Positions 40,890 through 48,398 of a stretch of DNA of 64,000 bases are shown in pieces. Source of the stretch: Glycera tridactyla (lineage: Eukaryota); the NCBI GenBank assembly GCA_965644265.1, contig OZ286462.1, positions 25,544,001-25,608,000 of the forward strand. The letters are read 5' to 3'. The translations under genes and the position numbers were made by a program. The stretch's first letter is position 1, and each line of letters opens with the position of its first letter. Below the pieces are notes generated by a model. The model was given only the letters and a program-made list of their open reading frames with translations, was not told where the DNA came from and did not search any database.

Positions 40890-40960
40890 TCTTCCCTGCA
40901 GGCATCAATCTCACAAACCCTGAACACGAGTTGATAGTGGAACCACAAAGACTAACACGG
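40890..40960 (-). mobile_element. Family A fragment
   Basis: CCCTGCAGGCATCAATCTCACAAACCCTGAACAC. Confidence 0.65.
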
Positions 40961-41099
40961 TTCTCACTGTCCACTTACATGAGCCAACCCAATTAAAATG
41001 TGAAGACAATATCACAGAATGCGAACAGTTGTGCTCACTTCTATTGAGCTACATACAATTCTCTCTGCAGCCCAACTCTGCACGTCGCATGCTTGCCTG

Positions 41100-41518
41100 T
41101 CGACAAGAGATTCCATAGGACAGAAAATTGAGCTAATCCCTACTGGGAGGTGGCTTGTCGGATATCCTTTGATTCTTCGCTAATGTCAAGATACTTATTT
41201 CCCTATTGGATTTCCGATTTTTTTAATCCATGTCAGATCTCTTCTTTCCATCCCAGTATTTCCTTCTCCTGTCACACTGGCTATCATGTCTAATAGTTAA
41301 GAGTGATGCCAGCAATTCTTAGTGTACAATTGGCATTGGAATTATTCGGTGAGCAACTGGTAATCTTTTGGATTGGGTCACCTCAACTGGAGTCTCTGCT
41401 TAATAGCAGTTTGTTCATGAGCCTTCGGTGAAATGAACCCGAAAGCATTTTCCACACCCTGCTGCCGCTCGAGAATGAACCTGTCCATGTGTGAATCATT
41501 AATTGGCCGCGATCCCAT
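41100..41518 (-). pseudogene. Old LINE RT remnant, apparently interrupted by the intact element
   Basis: Minus-strand remnants RVWKM..F and KY.G..DLTWIKKI resemble WxMxFN and KYLG..DLxW. Confidence 0.35.
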
Positions 41519-42933
41519 GTTTGGCTCCTTGTCAAGATGCCATCAACGCATGTCGAGTGGGGGAGCAGAAAATCGATGAGAAGTGTTGTGAGTCCTGGGC
41601 GACACCTATTCACACGGCTTCACGCACTACTGGGGTTATCTGGGATATACACTGTGGCGTGCCCACACCCGCCCCTCCCTGCTGCTGCTCACAGGCCTGC
41701 CGCTCACACACAGCGACCACTCATACAATGCTCACGGCCACAAAATGGCTGCAAGCCCATAATCGCCTTGCTCACGCAAAAAAAAACACTGTTTTTATAG
41801 AGCTTGGAATCAACCGCGTTCACGCTGTAGCGTGGAATGTAGAAAAGACATGGAAAATCCAACCCCAGAGCGGCGTACCCCGCTCTCCGGTTCATGTTTT
41901 GGTCGAAATGTGGAGTTTCCGTGCACGAACCTTCTCAAAACTTCATGTCCTACATGGGCCTTATTTTCAATGTGACAGCAATGAATCATCCCTTGCATGT
42001 CTTGCTTAAGCATAACGTAATTCAGCACCTGATATGCCCTAATAAGGCGACCATTTGCTGTAAGTGCATGCAGAATGGAATTTTCGATTTTGCGAAGGGG
42101 GGGGGTACGTTGTACTCTACATCTCCACTCCACCCAGCTGCGATTCTTTACGAGTCTGTATGCTTTGACCGATTATTACGGAGCATGTATCTCGTACTAG
42201 CAACTTGGCTATACAGCCAGCAGGGTTAACTTCTTACGCTCGAACAGACCAAGGCATGTGATAAATTATACAGTTGGATGAACTTGATGCGAAGCAATAA
42301 TTCTGGCTTTTCACTGGTCATTATACTACCACATTCCGGTGAGAGCTTTAGGAATGAACAGGGCAAATATTCGACCCTGCATCACCTAGGAGAGCCCAAC
42401 GGATGCCAATCACACTACGAGTTTATCCCCACACGAGCTTCCTCGACAAGTGGAGTTCTCCTGGGATGGAATAATCCGTGTTTGACGGTCTGAAACTCCA
42501 CATGTTCATCAATCGCTTCAAAGGTTTCAAAAATGTATTAGGTATGATATGAATTAATGAACCTATCTCCACCTCGTACAGCTTTGCTCTATAACAGTCT
42601 TCTAGAAACATACAACGTATGTGCATTCTCTACTCAAAATAAATGACATTAAGATACATCTGAGTCTCATGTGAGTTCACCTCACCCTCGAAGATCAAGG
42701 AAGTGGATATTTTTCAATCCAATTCCACATTGCTCAGGTGTGCCAATTCAATCTCGAAGGAATCGGAGTGGCTAATGGACATGCTTCCATCATTCAAGGC
42801 GAAAAAATCTAGCAATTTCACATGTCATTATCACTACAGAACTAGAGGCATGTTTCAAAGACATACCCCTTTAATTAATGGCGTCCGTTGAGGAGTGACG
42901 CATCCACATCGCGGTCCGGTTAAATCTTCAAAA

Positions 42934-45324
42934 ATGCCTTCTGGAAAGGGATCTAAAGCGCCTAAAGATGACAAGAAGACAGATGAAACACCCAAGGACA
43001 CCACGATACCAAAATCGAGTCAAGCAGCTTTATTAGTTTCGATGTGGCGTAGAGCAGGATTCAACATTGAAACAAGTAAGAAGGCCGATAATACAGGCAT
43101 AGACCCGATCCCTAGACCTGGTAAACACAGCTCTAAAGAGCCCCCCTCCACCGCAGTACGCAATGCTAGGCAGCCAGAGGACCGGGTAGTTGCACATTCC
43201 GTCCCCGGTGCTAAAGATGAAAAGGGTCAGGGTGCGAGTCAGAGTAAGACCTTTCGGTACTCTATCGTCCAACACCCACTCACGCCGCCCCCACCGCCGC
43301 CTCCACCGCCCGGTCGCCGTTCATCGGACCATGACGCGAGTCATACTCAAACTCGAACGTGTGGACAACAGAAGTCACCTTTCAATGACTCACCCGCTAC
43401 CCAACGAACGAATGCGGAAATAAATTCGGTCATAAGAGCCACAATCGAATCTCACATAGACAAATCTACCAAACTGACTGAAACTAATTCAGATACTCTG
43501 CCTGGCATACCTATAAAAAACTTGCTTGGAGAACTTAATGAAGTTGGTCCAGAAACATTATCTGCCGACTCTCAGAGCAGCATTGCCTTAACCGGTGATC
43601 ATATTCCCGTGGTCGCGTTAAATACTGAAAGTGTTCAAGATGCTGCCGAACTTGTAGACACGTCCACCTCATCAAGAAAATTGAAAACAAGACGACGACG
43701 CAAACGAAAGAACCGTGGTTCCTCCCCAGACGACCTCGTTGATCCTGCCAACAAAAAACAGAACTGTAATAGCAGTGCCTCGGGACCTGCCAATGCGTCA
43801 GATGCTGAATACAGTAGTGAAACTGACTCTGAATGCAGCATGGAGGAAGGTGACATAAATGACACCACCGGAGAGCCCATTCCTCCCGGTCAACCGATCA
43901 ACTCCACTCTAAAAGACACTGCGTCCACGAGCCTCTCCCCTAGTCCCTCAGCCCCTCTTGGTGAACTTGACGATTGGGATATTTTTGGGAATCAGGCAAA
44001 ACCAGATGTCAATGGGCCACACCAGAATCTAACACAATATCGCGAGCAATCTAATAAACAACACTCCCAAACTACAATGACTGGTAACTTCAAGCATCCG
44101 GTTGTGATTACCACGCCGAGTGCCCTAGACAGACTCAAAGGCGAAATCATAGCTGACTTAAGAGCAAAATTGGAAGTGGATCTGACAAAAAAGATTGAAA
44201 CGGAGCTGTCACCTAAGATCAGGGAACAAGTGTTAAAAGAGCTAAGTGGTGAACTGTTAAACTATTCGACACAGATAAGAAAAATGAATAAAGAGCTACA
44301 AGAAAACAGCCGTACTATCACAATGTTGAAGAGTAATATTGAGCGACTGTCAAATATCATGGCAAACTCTGGGCCAAACATAAACACAGCCCCTACCCAG
44401 CTGCAGGATCAGGGTAGCCCGTTACCGCAAAATGTGTCACAAAGGTTAGAAAATCTCGAGCTCTCGGACAGACTTGACAGCTTAATCATCGAAGGACTGA
44501 CTATAAACCCTGAATTCTCTTTGTTAGACAATGTCGGCTATGAAATTTGTGACAGATTGAACATGAACCTGTCCCACAACGACTTCACTAAGTGCAATTT
44601 TATCGGCAAGTCCAAGCCAGGCGAACCAAGGCCGATCCTGGTAAAATTGAAGGATGTGGCTTTGAAGCGACAACTAATGAAATGTAAAGGTCAGCTGAGA
44701 GGAACCTCCATATACTTCAAGGAGTTCCTAACAACAAAGAATAACAAAGTTTATTACGAAGCAAGGACCGCAAAAAAGCACAATGCGTTATCAAAGGTGT
44801 GGACGCATGACGGCCTTATCTGGGGCCAAGAACAGCCTGATTCAAAACCGGTGGTCTTGTCTGACTTTGAGTCACTAAAGTCAATTAATCTTGAACTTGA
44901 GAAGAAAAGCAGTATATTGGCATCTTCTGAAGAGCGCAATCAAACCACCGGTAATAGTAATAGTGGTGCATCAAATAATCGACCGACCCACCCGACATAC
45001 AATCACGGTTTAGGCCGCACAGAAACACCAACTTCTGGCTACTCTTCTCGAGGCCGACAGGCCTATCAACCTCGCGGCGCACTAGAGCCTCACGATCACA
45101 ACGGACGCGCTCGTGCGGAACCACCACGGGAGGGCGAGTACAGAAAAGGTGCTCATCTCACTTACCGCCAGCGTCTCGACGTATGCCAATCTGACAGACG
45201 TGTAAACGGCAACAATTACAACTCTAGACAATTTATATATCAACCGCAGCCTCAAAACCGCCGTGATCATCACAGATATTGGAACGAAGAGTGGCCAACT
45301 CCATCGCGAGCCTCAGGATACTAA
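42934..45324 (+). CDS. LINE ORF1 protein (disordered N-terminus, coiled coil, RRM/Tnp22-like and CTD-like domain), ~796 aa
   Basis: Uninterrupted long ORF. A coiled coil (LRAKLEVDL..IRKMNKELQEN) is followed by LDSLIIEGL..RPILVKLKD..KRQLMKCKGQLRGTSIYFKEFLT..VWTHDGLI, typical of LINE ORF1. First ATG at 42934. Confidence 0.85.
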   Translation: MPSGKGSKAPKDDKKTDETPKDTTIPKSSQAALLVSMWRRAGFNIETSKKADNTGIDPIPRPGKHSSKEPPSTAVRNARQPEDRVVAHSVPGAKDEKGQGASQSKTFRYSIVQHPLTPPPPPPPPPGRRSSDHDASHTQTRTCGQQKSPFNDSPATQRTNAEINSVIRATIESHIDKSTKLTETNSDTLPGIPIKNLLGELNEVGPETLSADSQSSIALTGDHIPVVALNTESVQDAAELVDTSTSSRKLKTRRRRKRKNRGSSPDDLVDPANKKQNCNSSASGPANASDAEYSSETDSECSMEEGDINDTTGEPIPPGQPINSTLKDTASTSLSPSPSAPLGELDDWDIFGNQAKPDVNGPHQNLTQYREQSNKQHSQTTMTGNFKHPVVITTPSALDRLKGEIIADLRAKLEVDLTKKIETELSPKIREQVLKELSGELLNYSTQIRKMNKELQENSRTITMLKSNIERLSNIMANSGPNINTAPTQLQDQGSPLPQNVSQRLENLELSDRLDSLIIEGLTINPEFSLLDNVGYEICDRLNMNLSHNDFTKCNFIGKSKPGEPRPILVKLKDVALKRQLMKCKGQLRGTSIYFKEFLTTKNNKVYYEARTAKKHNALSKVWTHDGLIWGQEQPDSKPVVLSDFESLKSINLELEKKSSILASSEERNQTTGNSNSGASNNRPTHPTYNHGLGRTETPTSGYSSRGRQAYQPRGALEPHDHNGRARAEPPREGEYRKGAHLTYRQRLDVCQSDRRVNGNNYNSRQFIYQPQPQNRRDHHRYWNEEWPTPSRASGY

Positions 45325-45332
45325 AAAGAGTC

Positions 45333-46397
45333 ATGAGTCTACTACCGCTCTACAAGAGACGAGTCCAGAGGATCAAACCTACACCATACGTGTCATGTAC
45401 ATCCGATAAAGCCACTGCAAAAAATCGTATGTACTCTCTTTGCACAGATAGATTTGTCCAAGCGGATCGGACCATCCGCTGCTTTGGCATACCGAAAATA
45501 CTCATTGTAGGATCGTCTCATGCAGTTCATCTCACCGAGTTCATCCACCAACTAGGTCCTGATGATCTCCTACATAAATACGTCAACTCCTTCAACACTA
45601 GACAACTAGCAGTAGGAGGGGCAAAGTACTGGACCTTAGCTAGTAATCTGAAAGGGGAAGATATATCGGCCAAAAAGTTTCATATGTATGGCAATCAATG
45701 GGCATCCTTCGACACTGCAGAATTCAATCCTGATTATATCATTCTCATTCTCGGCTCCAACGATGCCGACGACTGTAATAGCCACTTAGAGCAGATAAGG
45801 AAAACTAATACTTTGTATAACTACAATTGGAAGGCTCCCATCGAGGCCACTATTTGGAAGGACCAGCTAGAACATGAGCTTTCCGGGTTCATTACGTTTC
45901 TCCGCTCCAAATTTCCAGATGCTCCGTGTGGAGTTACACCCGTACTCCCTCGTAATTGGTGGTGTCCTCACGCCAGAAAGGTAGCAAAGGGAATCGACTA
46001 TATTGTCACGCACAAACTCAGAAAATCACATCACACACGCCAACTAGTACCCAACTCGTTGTACAGACTAGCCACTGTCGATCCATCTGATGACATTCTG
46101 TCAACGTTCATGGACACGGATAACCTACATCTCAGCAAAAGTGGCAATTCTATGCTGTTAAAGGATATACTGCCAGGTATATATGACTGGTGGAAGTCCT
46201 CACAGCTCCTAATCAACCCTGAGAAATATGTGAGCGAGCGCACTCCGAGACGCCGCAAACGACGTGCTCCAGCGAATCCAGGTCCTATCTCGCCAGCAAC
46301 GATCACGGTAATGGATAATTGCAGTGACACGCGTACAGTGGCACTTGGTAGCAGCAAACTCTGGAAATCGGTTGTGAAAACTCCTAGGTTACAGTGA
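45333..46397 (+). CDS. SGNH/GDSL-family esterase-like protein (stand-alone retrotransposon ORF), ~354 aa
   Basis: Block I ILIVGSSH, block II VGGA, block III LGSND and block V DNLHL are all present. The ATG is 8 nt after the ORF1 TAA. A basic RRRKRR stretch lies near the C-terminus. Confidence 0.8.
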   Translation: MSLLPLYKRRVQRIKPTPYVSCTSDKATAKNRMYSLCTDRFVQADRTIRCFGIPKILIVGSSHAVHLTEFIHQLGPDDLLHKYVNSFNTRQLAVGGAKYWTLASNLKGEDISAKKFHMYGNQWASFDTAEFNPDYIILILGSNDADDCNSHLEQIRKTNTLYNYNWKAPIEATIWKDQLEHELSGFITFLRSKFPDAPCGVTPVLPRNWWCPHARKVAKGIDYIVTHKLRKSHHTRQLVPNSLYRLATVDPSDDILSTFMDTDNLHLSKSGNSMLLKDILPGIYDWWKSSQLLINPEKYVSERTPRRRKRRAPANPGPISPATITVMDNCSDTRTVALGSSKLWKSVVKTPRLQ

Positions 46398-46538
46398 CTC
46401 TTGCCATTTACGCGACATTCCAGCCTTCGCCTCAGCAGTCCTTTAGACTTTATTGTCCAGACTCTCTGAGGACATATTTATCACCGCAAACCGTCCCCAG
46501 CTGTAATGATCAAGGATGCTGTCTCGCCGTTCAATATA

Positions 46539-47340
46539 GAAACTGCCGGGGTGGAGTCGTCAGGACGACATCCTGCAGCGGTATCTGTCTCACAAGGAAG
46601 AGCGTGCGTTTGGGATGACGTCAGCTCTTGCCATACGTATTGATGCCGCCGAGGTGGAGTCACCAGGATGACATCTTGCAGCGGTATCTGTCATGAAGGG
46701 GAGAATGGGAGTTCGTTGTATTATAAAACACTCCCCATATGTTGGTACTGTCGAGGAGTCACCGGAATGTCAGCTTGCAGTGTTATCAGTCTAGCATGGT
46801 AGAATGTTCGGCTCTTTAATCTCTCACCATCGGGAATTGATACTGCCAAGGTGGAGTCACCATGATGACATCTTGCAGCGGTATCCGTCGCGCAGGGGAG
46901 AGTGTGCATTCAGGATATCTTATGCTCTCAAGTTACGTAATGATATTGTCGAGGTGGAGTCACCAGTATGACATCTGCAGCGGTATTTGTCTCGAGATGA
47001 GAATGTGCGTCCGGGATATCCTTAGCTCTTCCGCAGTTTATTGATACTGCCGAGGTGGAGTCGCCAGGATGACATCTTGCAGCAGTATCTGTCAAATTGT
47101 GAAGAGCGTAAGTATATGACATCTTAAACGATAGTCGTTGCCGGGGTGGAGTCATTAGGATGACATCCTGCTGCATTGCTGCTGCTGTCGCCTTTCTGTA
47201 GCAAGTCTGCGTAGCAAGTCTGCTTAACATCTGTATCAGCTGTCCGCAACCAATTACAAAGATCACCATCCTATCAGGGAACAACTTCGATCATTGCTTC
47301 GGCTGCCGGAGTGAAGTCGCCAGGATGACACTCTGCTGCA
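46539..47340 (+). repeat. Array of 8 conserved ~47-nt hairpin units (period ~91-103 nt for units 1-7) with diverged spacers; probable structured RNA
   Basis: Consensus GATACTGC-C-GAGGT-GGA-GTCA-CCAGGA-TGAC-ATCTT-GCA-GCGGTATC. Units start at 46539, 46642, 46744, 46839, 46942, 47043, 47134 and ~47299. Periods are mostly not multiples of 3, and compensatory substitutions preserve the stems. Confidence 0.9.
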
Positions 47341-48353
47341 ACCTTAGTACAGCATCTACTCGTACGAACTGTTAAATAAATTTCTGTGGTCCCCTGGGAA
47401 AAGGTCTGAGTCGAAGCTGACTACGTGCATCTCATGCGTTCCACGTTATCATCGTCTGGTCCTCTGCATGATCTGCAACTGCTCAACGTCACGATCCCAA
47501 CCAAGGCCAAACCTTACCATTAGAATACAGTGGAACTGTGACAATGCTTAGACTGCCTATTTAGGAATTGGTATCCACTCACCATTCAGTGCACCTGCTT
47601 TATTCTTTAAAAGAGCTGTCTGCCAGGATTTACTTTTCATCTGAAGTTGATCTTTACGCTTCAGAATTGATTCATAATTGATTGGTACCTTGCTGACGTA
47701 TATACTCACCATTCATCTGCCAGCAATGCTCTTAGCGGGCCAGCTAAGGGACTACACTCGTGCCTCTTCTTCGGTCATTCATCCCTTCCCGGTTATCCAC
47801 GTTATAGCTATTGTGAATCAGGACAGCTATCGTTTAACTACAGGAACGGGCACTGTTCATCTTGTTCTTCTTTTGGATCTGTCCTATTATCAATTTTGCA
47901 CCATCCAAGATCTGTCCCAAACAAGATGTGTGATAAATGTTGTTTTGATAGTAGGGAAACTTAAAATTTTTTATGTGAGTCAGAGTCAAAGTTGTTTGAT
48001 GTTAGCGCGGCATATGAGGGTTGTTAGGCGAAATGTTTTCTGCTGTCTTAGTCCCTCCCGCTCTCATGTGTTGTCAAACGCACACAGGAATTCAACTAGT
48101 GTGTGACGCCATGCACGCACTTGCACAGTGGTCTCTCAGTACAATCCGCACTTATTGATTGTCCCATTGTCACCTGCCAGGGTAGAGTATGGGCCTGCAG
48201 CACCACCGTATGTAATAACTCTGTACTACCCTACACTACTTTCCAGAAGGCAGACAGTTTTGCTCTAGCTAGTCTCATCACATTGGTTAGAAGATTTGAC
48301 CACAATCACCGCATCCTCTATTCATACTTTGCATTAATTCGTATTTTCACATT

Positions 48354-48378
48354 TACTAATATTTTCCCCATCTTTTAG
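48354..48378 (+). promoter_or_regulatory. Putative branch point, polypyrimidine tract and 3' splice site upstream of ORF2
   Basis: TACTAAT-ATTTTCCCCATCTTTTAG|G, 20 nt before the ORF2 ATG. Confidence 0.45.
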
Positions 48379-48398
48379 GATTACATTGCTTATTTAAC

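Noticed and set aside
41503-42229. Overlapping ORFs of 87-168 aa upstream of ORF1
   Set aside because: They have no motifs and are what would be expected by chance in a GC-richer UTR.
46394-47284. Short ORFs over the array on both strands (e.g. TDTAARCH.GDST repeats)
   Set aside because: The unit length shifts the frame, so the peptides are by-products of the DNA repeat.
46539-47340. Calling the array a CRISPR
   Set aside because: The context is eukaryotic with no cas genes, the repeats are degenerate, and the spacers are homologous to each other.
47678-48378. 142-aa and 91-aa ORFs between the array and ORF2
   Set aside because: They have non-ATG starts, no recognisable motifs and intron-like composition.
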